64,000 bases of DNA from an uncultured Clostridia bacterium (GCA_947588805.1 CANPYR010000006.1:7595-71594), one strand, 5' to 3'; shown: positions 35,657-45,615, counted from the first letter of the stretch. Numbers and translations are program-made. The notes: a model not told the origin generated them from the sequence alone.

Positions 35657-37894
35657 TTAATTCGCTCCCGCAAATTCCGGCTTCGGATCCTCGCGCGCGT
35701 CGATATTAGCTTCCTTCATCTTCGTGTTCTTCCTCTGAGCCATAACGAGCTGGTAGTAAACCCCGCCCTTATGCTTCATCAGCTCTTCATGAGTTCCCGT
35801 CTCGACAAGCCTTCCCTTGTCTAAGACTATAAGCTGATCGGCGTTTGAAAGAGTCGAAAGACGGTGAGCTATCGCTATCGTCGTTCTTCCGCGGCAGAGC
35901 TCCGCAAGACCTTCCTGGATCTGTCTCTCGGTCTCGGTATCAAGACTCGCAGTCGCTTCGTCAAGAATTATGATCTTCGGATTGTGAAGTATCGCTCTTG
36001 CAATAGCGACTCTCTGTCTCTCGCCGCCGGAGAGGGTGTGGCCTTTGTTTCCGACTCTTGTGTTGTAGCCGTCCGGAAGCTTGGTGATGAATTCGTGGCA
36101 GTGCGCGATCTTCGCGGCCTGTACTACCTCTTCAAATGTGGCGTCCGGCTTTGCATATGTAAGATTTTCAAGAACGGTTCCCTCGAAGAGATAAGTCTCC
36201 TGCAGGACCACGCCGACCTGCGAACGAAGACTCTCCTGAGAGATCTTTCTTATATCCACGCCGTCGATTGTAAGGGACCCTTGGGTAACGTCGTAAAGAC
36301 GGAGAATCAGGTTAATCATCGTAGATTTTCCCGCTCCCGAGTGACCGACGATGCCGTACATCTTTCCCTTGTCGAGCTTTATGTTTATGTTTTTAAGCAC
36401 GGGATTGTAGATCTTGTAGCCGAAGTACACGTCCTTGAATTCGATGTTGCCCTTTATGTCAAGATCTACGCAGTCGGAGCTGTCTCTTACGTCGGTGTTC
36501 TCTTCAAGAATCTCAAAGACCTTTGAAGCGGATATCGAAACGTCCGCTATCTGTCTCGGAAGCTGTAAGAGCCATCTTAACGGGTTGTAGAGCATTCCGA
36601 CGTAAGAAGTGAATCTTGTCAGCTCGCCTAAGGTCATAGTCCCGAAGGCGGGGATGCGGTTAAGTATCATCATCGCGCCGAAGTAGAGAACGAAATAGTT
36701 GCCTATGGTGAGAAGAAAATCGCACGCCGGCCAGATATAGTACCAGACTATCTCGGCCTTAGAGCTTGCCTTCGCGGCCTTGAAAGAAGCGTCGCGGTAT
36801 TTTTCGATCTCTATATCCTCGGTCCCGCAGGTCTTAACGACCCTGATACCGTCGAGCGCGTCGTGTAAAAGCTTAGAGTGCGCGTTAGAGAATCTCCAGC
36901 TTCTTCCGTAGTACATCTGGATAGTATTGTACGCGCGCTTGATGATGAAAGCGACAAGCGGTATGGGAACGATCGCCAAAAGCGCAAGCTTCCAGTTCAT
37001 AATGAACATTATCACCGTTACGATTATGAGCGAGAAAATTCTTACGACAGCGCTCTTTCCGTTATCTGTAAGAAAGCTCTGGAGCTTATTAGCGTCGTTC
37101 GATACGCGGCTTATAAGGTCTCCGGCGGTCTTTTTGGAGATAGATGACATGGACAGATCAAGAGTCTTGCTGAATACGTCCTGTCTCAGGTCCTGGCCGA
37201 GGTTCAGGGAAACATAGAAGCTCGCCTTCATGTTAGCCCAGTCAAGAAATGTGTTTATTATGATTATTACGAACATCGACGCGCAGAGCACCGCGAAGCC
37301 GACCCAGTTAGACTGATTCTTAGGCCATACGTAGTCGTCGATAAGCAGCTGGTTGATGTACGGAGAAACGACGTTTAAAAGCTCGCTGAAAACGGTGCAG
37401 GCGATAGCGGCAAGAAACGCCCATTTATACTTTTTGAGCCTGCCGAAAAGCTTCGAGAAGGTCTTGACCTTTGACGCGCAGTAGGGGCATTCGGTGAAGC
37501 TGTCGAGCGGAAGTCCGCACTTAGGGCATTTCGGCTCGTCGATATCCGACTCTTCTACCAAAACGCCGGTGGTTAGGTAGTGGTTAAGTATCTTGCAAAG
37601 CTCTGCAAAAGCGATGAAGTTATCCTGAGTGAAGGCGCAGATGCACTTGACGTTTCTGTCCTTGACTCTTCCCACCATCATCGAGCAGCCGATAAGCTGT
37701 TCGCAGGCGTATTCCTCAAACTCGTCGAAGGCGATGGTATCTTTAAGCTCGCCCTTGATATAGACCTGAATTTCCGAGCGGGTAACGCAAAGCGTTCCGT
37801 CCGTCTTTTTCGCCTTGCCGTAGAGATTAAAAGGCAGCGAAAACAGAAATTCCGACAGCTCATGTCCTTCAGGCGCCTTTAAAAGGAGATTCAA
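35657..37894 (-). CDS. ABC exporter half (TMD-NBD) with a ~150-aa N-terminal cytoplasmic domain ending in a zinc ribbon
   Basis: 745 aa. TTG start after GGGGAG. CPKCG...CPYC. 6-TM exporter domain. GHSGAGKST, LSGGERQR, IILDEATASLD. Confidence 0.9.
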   Translation of the reverse strand: MNLLLKAPEGHELSEFLFSLPFNLYGKAKKTDGTLCVTRSEIQVYIKGELKDTIAFDEFEEYACEQLIGCSMMVGRVKDRNVKCICAFTQDNFIAFAELCKILNHYLTTGVLVEESDIDEPKCPKCGLPLDSFTECPYCASKVKTFSKLFGRLKKYKWAFLAAIACTVFSELLNVVSPYINQLLIDDYVWPKNQSNWVGFAVLCASMFVIIIINTFLDWANMKASFYVSLNLGQDLRQDVFSKTLDLSMSSISKKTAGDLISRVSNDANKLQSFLTDNGKSAVVRIFSLIIVTVIMFIMNWKLALLAIVPIPLVAFIIKRAYNTIQMYYGRSWRFSNAHSKLLHDALDGIRVVKTCGTEDIEIEKYRDASFKAAKASSKAEIVWYYIWPACDFLLTIGNYFVLYFGAMMILNRIPAFGTMTLGELTRFTSYVGMLYNPLRWLLQLPRQIADVSISASKVFEILEENTDVRDSSDCVDLDIKGNIEFKDVYFGYKIYNPVLKNINIKLDKGKMYGIVGHSGAGKSTMINLILRLYDVTQGSLTIDGVDIRKISQESLRSQVGVVLQETYLFEGTVLENLTYAKPDATFEEVVQAAKIAHCHEFITKLPDGYNTRVGNKGHTLSGGERQRVAIARAILHNPKIIILDEATASLDTETERQIQEGLAELCRGRTTIAIAHRLSTLSNADQLIVLDKGRLVETGTHEELMKHKGGVYYQLVMAQRKNTKMKEANIDAREDPKPEFAGAN

Positions 37895-37960
37895 TTCTCA
37901 GCACTCCCCTTTCTTTTTAATAATAAAACAGAATATAACGCAGTAAAAGCAAATAAAGTA

Positions 37961-38542
37961 TCAGACAAAAATCTCAAGTATCTGTAAGCTCTTCTTATCA
38001 AGCTTTTCTATGTCGGGGCAGAAGTACTTGTTTCCGTCCACGTCCACCGCGTAGAGAAGGCTCTCGGAGAGCATTCTGAAGTTTGAGTACCAGTCTCTTA
38101 CGCAGATGGTTTTTCTTCCGCTCGAGGTCTCGATATCGACAAAGATAAAACCGCGGTTGTTATCCTTAATCGAGAAGATCTTTTTTATCTCGGGCATATA
38201 ATACTTATATTCAAGATACTGGTCGAGCATCTCAAACTGATCCTTAGGAAGCTCGCTCATGTCCTTTATAACGCCTAATTCGACAAACTCGTTTTCCTTG
38301 TTGTCATACGCGACGCTTATATAGGTGGTCTTAGAGAAGAACGGCACGAGCCTTGTGAGACGGACGTTGAAGTAGTCCTCGTTTTTATATTTAAGACTTA
38401 TGAAATTCCCGTCGTCCCTGTAAAACTTAAGATCTTTACAGTCAAGGATGACCAGCCGGTCTATCTCGAATTTCTCTTCAAGCGCCTTTCTCTCGATCTC
38501 CATGTCCTTTGCAAGGTCTTTTTTGTTTTCGTTTTTATCCAA
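37961..38542 (-). CDS. Small soluble protein encoded between the two ABC genes (DUF1854-like, from memory)
   Basis: The ORF track start is 38584. I prefer TTG 38542, 6 nt after AAGGAGG, giving MDKNENKKDL... No TM segments. The family name is recalled, not searched. Confidence 0.65.
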   Translation of the reverse strand: MDKNENKKDLAKDMEIERKALEEKFEIDRLVILDCKDLKFYRDDGNFISLKYKNEDYFNVRLTRLVPFFSKTTYISVAYDNKENEFVELGVIKDMSELPKDQFEMLDQYLEYKYYMPEIKKIFSIKDNNRGFIFVDIETSSGRKTICVRDWYSNFRMLSESLLYAVDVDGNKYFCPDIEKLDKKSLQILEIFV

Positions 38543-38617
38543 AGTATTACCTCCTTTTTGGGCCGCAGAAGCGGCGGCGTTCATTATTCGGGCGCCTTAT
38601 TTTACGTCCGCGCCGCC

Positions 38618-41203
38618 CTATCCTTCCTCGATAAACTTAAGCGCGTCGGCCTGAAGAATATAGAGGTCGAAGTATTTTCCTTCGAGCGCCATGAGCTCGT
38701 CGTGAGTGCCGAGCTCTTTGAGCTCGCCGTTTTCGATAACGCAGAGCATATCCGCGTCTCTTAATGTCGAAAGCCTGTGGGCGATAGAGATTATCGTTCT
38801 GCCCTCCTTGAGAGCGTCTATGGCGACCTGGATCTTTCTCTCGGTCTTTGTATCCATAGAAGCTGTGGCTTCGTCAAGTATAAGAATATTCGGGTTCTGA
38901 ATTATCGCTCTTGCGATGGAGATCCTCTGTCTCTCGCCGCCCGAAAGACTGTGGCCGCCTCTTCCTATCTTGGTGTTGTAGCCGTCCGGAAGCTTGGTGA
39001 TGAATTCATGCGCGTTTGCGCTCTTCGCGGCTTCTATGACCTCTTCGATGGTGGCGTCCGGTCTTGAATATCTTATATTGTCCGCGACCGTGCCCATGAA
39101 CAGATATGTTTCCTGCGAGACTATGCCGATATTTCTTCTTAAGTCCTTTGTCGGTATCCTCTTTATCGGCACGCCGTCTATCGTTATCTCTCCTCCGGTC
39201 ACGTCGTAGAGCCTTGCGATAAGATTTATTATCGTGGACTTTCCGGCTCCGGTCTTTCCGACTATGCCGAACATCTGTCCTCCGGTCACGCTGAAGCTGA
39301 GGTTTTTAAGTATCGGCCTGCCGGCTTCGTATTCAAAGCTTACGTTCTTGAATTCGATATCGCCCTTCATGTTCTCGATGTGGATCGGTTCCTCCGGCTC
39401 GGGAACGGTGGGCTTCGCGTCAAGTATTTCGAACATTCTTGAAGCCGCGTCTATGCATCTCGCCCAGCGGTCGCCTATAGACATGAAGAAATCCATCGGC
39501 TCGTAGATCATATCGGTATAGCCCAAAAGCAGCATTATCGTTCCGTATTCAAACTTTCCCTTTATTACAAGGAAGCATCCGAAGCAGAAGAGCCCTCTTG
39601 AAACTATCGAATAAAAGCTCCACATGAACGGTCTCGTCGAAGTGATCTTGTTGTTGATACGCGTGTTTACTTCATAAGCGGTCCGGTTCTTTTTCTTATA
39701 TCTCTTTCTTTCCTTGTCCTCTTTAGCGAAGCTCTTTACTACTCTCTGACCGTTCATAACGTCCGAAAGCACCGAGTTTAAGCTTCTCATCGCAACGTCA
39801 AGCTTGCGGTAGAGCTTTCTCTGGGATTTATAGAGATAGTTGTCGAACGCGAGCACGACGGTGATGATGATTATGATGGCGAGGGAAATCACCGGGCTCA
39901 GCCAGAACATAACTCCCGCCACGCCGACAAGCTTGATTATATTCGCGCAGCCGTAGGGGACGATATCGACGAAGAAGTTATATACGTTCTGACTGTCGCG
40001 GTCTACTCTTGACATCAAGGATCCGGTCTGCTTAGACGTAAAGAACGCGAGCGACAGATTAGACATCGTTCCGTAGATCTTGGTGCGAAGCTTGTGCGTG
40101 ACGATAGGAACGACTTTAGCGGTGATAACGCCCGAGACGATACCGGTAAGTCTTCCCAAAAGGTTTACGACTACCATCATAAGGATAACGAACAGCACCT
40201 GTCCGTAATATCTCCCGCCCTCCTTCAGAACGTCGTCGTAGAGCACCTTGGTGCCGAACCACGGCGAAATGACGGCGAAGACGTTTGACATGATGATGGT
40301 AAGAAAGATAAGGCTTATTTCTATCTTGAAGTCTTTAAACATCCCGACGAGCCTGTCGAATACCGAGCGGCGGTCTATGCACCTCGGGCAGACCGGTCTG
40401 TTCGGGTCGGGATAGGGCTGATGGCAGATCGGGCAGTTCAGCTGCACCGCGTCCAAAAGCGCGTCGTTGTTTTCGACTCCGCGGTGGATATTATTGAGTC
40501 TTTCGCAGAATTTCTCAAATTTATCCGAATATCCTATTGAAAATCTTGCGACTACGATGTTCGGGCGGTTCTTGTCATAGCTTGAACCGAAGCCGCCCCT
40601 GAAGTGCCCGCCGTGGCCGGGAAGGTGGAATACTCCGTCAGAGCTTGTGAAGCCCATCCCGCCGGATCCGGGAGTAACGTCGCCGTAGTCTCCGTGCTCG
40701 GCTCTTTGGTGGGAAAATCCCCCGCCCTGCATTTCGGGGTAGTTCATAGGCGGCGGCGGGAAGCTCTTCGGAGCCGTCCTTACAGCTGCCGAGGGATCCG
40801 GAAAGACCTCGGTCTCGCCGTCGTTCAGAAGCCCTAAAACAAGCCTTGCGGAGTTCTGATGGCGATCGACGTAGGCGGTCTTTATATCCTTGATCCTGTA
40901 CTCATGATAATCCTCTACGGTATATGTAAGAAGCTCCGGAAAGTAATATCCCTTTACAAAGCCGCGAAGGATGGGAATGTCGCGCATCCGTTCCTTTCTG
41001 CGTTCGCTTTTCGGAGTCTCTTCGTATTCCTCATACCCTGAGATCACATAGAGGTTCTCGGAATCTATAACGCAGTACACGTCATAGTATCTTCCCTCGC
41101 CGTCAAGATCGGCTTTAACGCAGTAAAGAAGATTTTCAACGTCTACACCGCGCTCCGCAAGTCTTTGGGAAACCGCCTGCGGCAGCGCGTCAAAATACTT
41201 CAT
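38618..41203 (-). CDS. ABC exporter half (TMD-NBD) with a ~300-aa N-terminal domain, Gly-rich linker and zinc ribbon
   Basis: The ORF track start is TTG 41233. ATG 41203 (MKYFDALPQ...) follows AAGGAGAG. CPICH...CPRC. GKTGAGKST, LSGGERQR, LILDEATASMD. Confidence 0.9.
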   Translation of the reverse strand: MKYFDALPQAVSQRLAERGVDVENLLYCVKADLDGEGRYYDVYCVIDSENLYVISGYEEYEETPKSERRKERMRDIPILRGFVKGYYFPELLTYTVEDYHEYRIKDIKTAYVDRHQNSARLVLGLLNDGETEVFPDPSAAVRTAPKSFPPPPMNYPEMQGGGFSHQRAEHGDYGDVTPGSGGMGFTSSDGVFHLPGHGGHFRGGFGSSYDKNRPNIVVARFSIGYSDKFEKFCERLNNIHRGVENNDALLDAVQLNCPICHQPYPDPNRPVCPRCIDRRSVFDRLVGMFKDFKIEISLIFLTIIMSNVFAVISPWFGTKVLYDDVLKEGGRYYGQVLFVILMMVVVNLLGRLTGIVSGVITAKVVPIVTHKLRTKIYGTMSNLSLAFFTSKQTGSLMSRVDRDSQNVYNFFVDIVPYGCANIIKLVGVAGVMFWLSPVISLAIIIIITVVLAFDNYLYKSQRKLYRKLDVAMRSLNSVLSDVMNGQRVVKSFAKEDKERKRYKKKNRTAYEVNTRINNKITSTRPFMWSFYSIVSRGLFCFGCFLVIKGKFEYGTIMLLLGYTDMIYEPMDFFMSIGDRWARCIDAASRMFEILDAKPTVPEPEEPIHIENMKGDIEFKNVSFEYEAGRPILKNLSFSVTGGQMFGIVGKTGAGKSTIINLIARLYDVTGGEITIDGVPIKRIPTKDLRRNIGIVSQETYLFMGTVADNIRYSRPDATIEEVIEAAKSANAHEFITKLPDGYNTKIGRGGHSLSGGERQRISIARAIIQNPNILILDEATASMDTKTERKIQVAIDALKEGRTIISIAHRLSTLRDADMLCVIENGELKELGTHDELMALEGKYFDLYILQADALKFIEEG

Positions 41204-41295
41204 TCCGTTCTCTCCTTTCTTATGCTTTTCCAAAAGCAGTACTTTTTCCGATGGTAAATTCTTTTTTCGGCATCACTCCAAAAACTGTAAATTCA

Positions 41296-41331
41296 ATAAA
41301 AAATCGTCCTGGATACTCTCGCATCCGGACG
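41296..41331 (-). terminator. Terminator/attenuator hairpin between the leader ORF and the ABC operon
   Basis: On the minus strand: cgtccggat-gcgagagt-atccaggacg (9 bp with one bulge) followed by atttttta. Sits 5 nt after the leader ORF stop and ~93 nt before ATG 41203. Confidence 0.6.
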
Positions 41332-41336
41332 GGCGT

Positions 41337-41429
41337 TTACATAATATGATTATCAAAAACCTCATGCCGAGACAAGGAGCGCATTCGTATTAAATTGTGT
41401 GGGTATCCCGTAAAAGCACGGTATTTCAT
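41337..41429 (-). CDS. Candidate 30-aa leader peptide (MKYRAFTGYPHNLIRMRSLSRHEVFDNHIM)
   Basis: Below the ORF-track size cutoff. ATG lies 8 nt after AAGGAGA. Lies downstream of a near-consensus promoter and upstream of a terminator hairpin. Confidence 0.45.
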   Translation of the reverse strand: MKYRAFTGYPHNLIRMRSLSRHEVFDNHIM

Positions 41430-41507
41430 TTTTAGCGTCTCCTTTCTTAAGCCTTCCGCAATCAATATATAGTGGTTATATATAAGCGGTATTTTTAAAT
41501 CTTGTTT

Positions 41508-41536
41508 AGTATAAGCCTATTCCGAGAATTTGTCAA
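41508..41536 (-). promoter_or_regulatory. Promoter TTGACA-N17-TATACT (minus strand) driving the leader ORF and ABC operon
   Basis: The complement of 41531-41536 is TTGACA. The complement of 41508-41513 is TATACT. Confidence 0.65.
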
Positions 41537-41706
41537 GAGTTTTTCGGAAAAAATTCATCATAGAATTTTTAAATATTTTTGCAATTATTTGTGCATTTTG
41601 CTATACGTCCTCGGGAGACCGTTCAAAGACTCTCATTCAAGGCGGGAGCCGGCTGCATTTTCCTCTTTATGATACTAAAATTTCACGCCGCTTTCACACA
41701 TACTTC

Positions 41707-41735
41707 TTGATTTCTGACCTTATATATGTTATAAT
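41707..41735 (+). promoter_or_regulatory. Promoter TTGATT-N17-TATAAT for the fused ABC gene
   Basis: Direct reading. About 50 nt upstream of ATG 41786. Confidence 0.6.
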
Positions 41736-41785
41736 CACTAAGAATTGAACTGTGTTTTTATATAAAATACCAAGGGGGCTTTTAA

Positions 41786-44731
41786 ATGTTAAAGCTTGAA
41801 AATATTGTCAAGGACTACGACGCGGGCGGCGAGAAGGTCCGCGCGCTGAAAGGGATATCCATCGAATTTCGCCGTTCGGAGTTCGTGGCGGTGCTGGGGC
41901 AGTCGGGATGCGGCAAGACCACGCTTTTAAATATCATCGGCGGGCTTGATCAGTATACCTCGGGCGATCTCTCGATAAACGGAAGATCGACTAAAAAATT
42001 CAAGGACTCGGACTGGGATACCTACCGAAACCACTCCATAGGATTTGTGTTCCAGAGCTATAACCTTATCCCTCACCAGACGGTTCTTGCGAACGTAGAG
42101 CTTGCTCTCACGCTTTCGGGAGTCGGGAAGTCCGAGAGGAGAAAAAGAGCGATAGAAGCGCTCGAGAGGGTAGGGCTCGGGAACCAGCTTAAGAAAAAGC
42201 CGAACCAGATGTCGGGCGGCCAGATGCAGAGGGTAGCTATCGCGAGGGCGCTGGTAAACGATCCCGAGATACTTCTTGCAGACGAGCCGACGGGAGCTCT
42301 TGACAGCCAGACCTCGGTGCAGATAATGGAGATCCTCAAGGAGATATCAAAGGATAAGCTTATAATAATGGTAACTCATAACCCGGAGCTTGCGGAGAAA
42401 TACGCTTCAAGAACGGTGAGACTTCTTGACGGCGAGCTTTTAAGCGATTCGGATCCCTTTGACGGCGTCGAGAAGGAGCAGAGCCGAGCTTCCGAGGTTC
42501 AGCCGCTCAAAAAGGGCAAAAAAACGTCGATGTCGTTTTTCACCGCGTTATCGCTTTCTCTTAATAATCTTATGACGAAAAAGGCGAGGACTATTTTAAC
42601 GTCCTTCGCGGGTTCCATAGGAATAATCGGAATAGCGCTTATACTCTCGGTATCAACCGGCGTTCAGACCTATATCGACAGGGTGCAGGAGGATACGCTT
42701 TCAAGCTATCCGATAACGATAAACGCGCAGGAGGTCGATATGACTCAGCTCATGACCTCGCTTCGGGATACGGCGAACGGGAGCGCCGAGGAGGATCACC
42801 AGCTTGACGCGGTTTATGAATCAAAGATAATGTACGAGATGATGAACTCGCTGAACTCGATGGAGACTCAGGAAAACAACCTTGTAAAATTCAAGGACTA
42901 CATCGAGAACACCGACAGCATAAAACAGTACTCCTCTGCGGTGAGCTATGTATATAACTGCCCGCTGAACGTATATGTAAAAAATACGGAAGGGGATATC
43001 GTTAAATCGGATATACTTGAGCTTATGAGCGGGATATATTCGATGATGGGATTTGAGACTTCAAGCTCGGTGCTTTCTAACTTTATGCAGATAAACGCAT
43101 GGCAGGAAATGCTGGAGGGGATGAACGGCGAGCCTGTGAACGAGCTTCTGAAAGAACAGAACGAGCTTGTGGCCGGAAGATGGCCGGAAAATTACGACGA
43201 GGTCGTGGTAGTCGTAAGCGAGAAGAACGAGCTCTCGGATATGATGCTATACGCGCTCGGACTTAAGACCATGGACCAGATCCAGGACGCTATGAAGGCG
43301 GCGGCGAATCAGGAGAAGATAGATACCTCGGAATTCGGCAGCTGGAGCTATGAGGATATAATGAATCTTGATTTCAGAGTCATACTCGACTGCGACAAGT
43401 ATCAGAGATCCGGGGACGCATATACCGACGTGAGCGAGAACGAGACGGGTCTTGAATATCTTTACAACTCGGATAACGCCATAAAGCTCAAGGTCGTGGG
43501 GATCGTAAGACCGTCTGCGAACGCGGTCGCTAACTTCCTGACCGGCGCGGTATGCTATCCCGCTTCCCTCACAAGGGAGATAATTGAAAGAACGAATTCG
43601 AGCGCCATCGTCAAGGCTCAGGAGGACGATCCCGAGGTGGACGTTATTTCCGGGCTTAAGTTCAGAAAAGAAGGCGAAGAGCCGGATGAAGAGGAGATCA
43701 AGGGCGCTGTGGACGAATGGCTGAGCGCGCAGAGCGTTCAGGAAAAGGCGCTTATTTATACCGAGCTCGCGTCTATCCCGACAGAAGAATATCTTTCCGC
43801 AACGGTTGCGCAGTACCGCGCGACTCTTGACGACGCGGCTATAGACGATATGCTTGCGCAGGCGTTTATATCCCAGACTCAGATGGACGAACAGACGGTA
43901 AGGGACTATATAAGCAATATGGATCCCGAGACCAAGGAAGGATATGTGGAGCAGGTCCTTGCGGCTACAGTAACTCAGCAGTACGCGGAGGGGATAGGTG
44001 CGCAGATGGGAGCTATGAGCGCGGAGCAGACCGCCGCTATGCTCGACAGCGCCGAGATGACTCCGGAGCAGTACCGTTATATATTTGAAAATCATCTTCC
44101 CTCCACGCGCTCCGATTCTACCTACGATGAAAACATGTCTAAGCTCGGAAAGGTCGATCTTGATTCCCCGCGCTCGATATATATCTACGCTTCGACCTTT
44201 GAAAATAAAGACTTCATCTCTGACGCTATCGAAGAATACAACGAAGCCGGAGAGGAAGAGGATCAGATCGTATATACCGACTATGTGAAGCTTCTCATGT
44301 CGAGCGTGACTACTATAATCTCGGCTATAAGCTATGTGCTGATAGCGTTCGTCGCGATATCGCTTATCGTAAGCTCGATAATGATAGGAATCATAACCTA
44401 CATCTCGGTTCTTGAAAGAACGAAGGAGATAGGAATCCTCCGCTCGGTCGGAGCTTCAAAGAAGGATATCTCGCGCGTGTTCAACGCCGAGACTCTGATA
44501 GTGGGATTCGTCGCCGGAGCCTTCGGCATCGGTATCACGCTTCTTCTGATACTTCCTATAAATATAATCCTTCACACTCTCACGGGTATCGATACTCTTT
44601 CCGCGATACTTCCCGTAGGGGGAGCGGTGACGCTCGTTCTTATAAGCATGGCGCTTACGCTTATAGCGGGACTCATCCCGTCCGGGATAGCCGCGAAGAA
44701 GGATCCCGTCGTAGCGCTTCGCACGGAGTGA
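41786..44731 (+). CDS. Fused ABC ATPase plus FtsX-type permease (MacB-like) with a very large extracytoplasmic domain
   Basis: 981 aa. [28 protein letters not shown]. One TM helix, ~550 hydrophilic residues, then a C-terminal FtsX 3-TM bundle. Confidence 0.9.
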   Translation: MLKLENIVKDYDAGGEKVRALKGISIEFRRSEFVAVLGQSGCGKTTLLNIIGGLDQYTSGDLSINGRSTKKFKDSDWDTYRNHSIGFVFQSYNLIPHQTVLANVELALTLSGVGKSERRKRAIEALERVGLGNQLKKKPNQMSGGQMQRVAIARALVNDPEILLADEPTGALDSQTSVQIMEILKEISKDKLIIMVTHNPELAEKYASRTVRLLDGELLSDSDPFDGVEKEQSRASEVQPLKKGKKTSMSFFTALSLSLNNLMTKKARTILTSFAGSIGIIGIALILSVSTGVQTYIDRVQEDTLSSYPITINAQEVDMTQLMTSLRDTANGSAEEDHQLDAVYESKIMYEMMNSLNSMETQENNLVKFKDYIENTDSIKQYSSAVSYVYNCPLNVYVKNTEGDIVKSDILELMSGIYSMMGFETSSSVLSNFMQINAWQEMLEGMNGEPVNELLKEQNELVAGRWPENYDEVVVVVSEKNELSDMMLYALGLKTMDQIQDAMKAAANQEKIDTSEFGSWSYEDIMNLDFRVILDCDKYQRSGDAYTDVSENETGLEYLYNSDNAIKLKVVGIVRPSANAVANFLTGAVCYPASLTREIIERTNSSAIVKAQEDDPEVDVISGLKFRKEGEEPDEEEIKGAVDEWLSAQSVQEKALIYTELASIPTEEYLSATVAQYRATLDDAAIDDMLAQAFISQTQMDEQTVRDYISNMDPETKEGYVEQVLAATVTQQYAEGIGAQMGAMSAEQTAAMLDSAEMTPEQYRYIFENHLPSTRSDSTYDENMSKLGKVDLDSPRSIYIYASTFENKDFISDAIEEYNEAGEEEDQIVYTDYVKLLMSSVTTIISAISYVLIAFVAISLIVSSIMIGIITYISVLERTKEIGILRSVGASKKDISRVFNAETLIVGFVAGAFGIGITLLLILPINIILHTLTGIDTLSAILPVGGAVTLVLISMALTLIAGLIPSGIAAKKDPVVALRTE

Positions 44732-44806
44732 TTTAAGTAATAAACAGAATCAGGCAGGAACTTTTTTAAGCTTCCTGCCGAATTTAAAGGAGATAAATTT
44801 AAAAAT

Positions 44807-45244
44807 ATGAAAGCAATAGTACAGAGGGTGCTTAGGGCGAGCGTATCGGTGGACGGAAAGACGGTGGGAAAGATAGAGAAGGGGTTTACGGTGCTTGTAG
44901 GGATAGGAAAAGGGGACGGCATAGAAAAGTGCAGGGCGATGGCTGAGAAGATATCTAAGCTCAGGATCTTTTCGGATGAAAACGGAAAAACCAATCTCTC
45001 GCTCAAGGATGTAAACGGTAAAATTCTTGCGATCTCGCAGTTTACTCTCTTTGCGGATTGCTCTCACGGAAACCGCCCCAACTTTTTGGAAGCCGCGCCG
45101 CCGGATATGGCGAACGAATTGTACGAAAGCTTCTGCGAAAGCCTTTCCAAACTCGGCTTTAGCCCCGAAAAGGGAGTTTTCGGCGGGGATATGAAGATAG
45201 ATATGCTCTGCGACGGGCCGTTTACGGTCTCGCTTGAAATATGA
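44807..45244 (+). CDS. dtd: D-aminoacyl-tRNA deacylase
   Basis: 145 aa. MKAIVQRV...SQFTLFAD...GVFGGDM pattern typical of Dtd. Confidence 0.92.
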   Translation: MKAIVQRVLRASVSVDGKTVGKIEKGFTVLVGIGKGDGIEKCRAMAEKISKLRIFSDENGKTNLSLKDVNGKILAISQFTLFADCSHGNRPNFLEAAPPDMANELYESFCESLSKLGFSPEKGVFGGDMKIDMLCDGPFTVSLEI

Positions 45245-45276
45245 TTTCAGAATTTTAGGGAGGATGAAGCTAAGCT

Positions 45277-45615
45277 ATGAATATTCAGATATTCGGCCGC
45301 TCAAAGTGCTTTGATTCAAAAAAAGCCGAGAGATGGTTCAAAGAAAGAGGAATAAAATTCCAGCTGATAGATCTTGATTCAAAGGGACTGAGCCCAAAGG
45401 AGCTTGACGGCGTTATAGCGGCGGTCGGGCTTGAAGCTCTTATAGACGCTAAGTCAAAATCAAAGGACGCGGCGGTTATTAAATATCTCGGGAGCGACGG
45501 CGCAAAGAGGGATAAGCTTTTGGAGGATCCGAAGCTTATAAAGTCCCCGATAGTAAGAAACGGTCGGCAGGCGACGGTGGGATATGCCCCGGAGGTCTGG
45601 GGGAGCTGGGAGTGA
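45277..45615 (+). CDS. ArsC/Spx-family thioredoxin-fold protein
   Basis: 112 aa. N-terminal MNIQIFGRSKCFDSKKAERWF with a single Cys. Confidence 0.75.
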   Translation: MNIQIFGRSKCFDSKKAERWFKERGIKFQLIDLDSKGLSPKELDGVIAAVGLEALIDAKSKSKDAAVIKYLGSDGAKRDKLLEDPKLIKSPIVRNGRQATVGYAPEVWGSWE

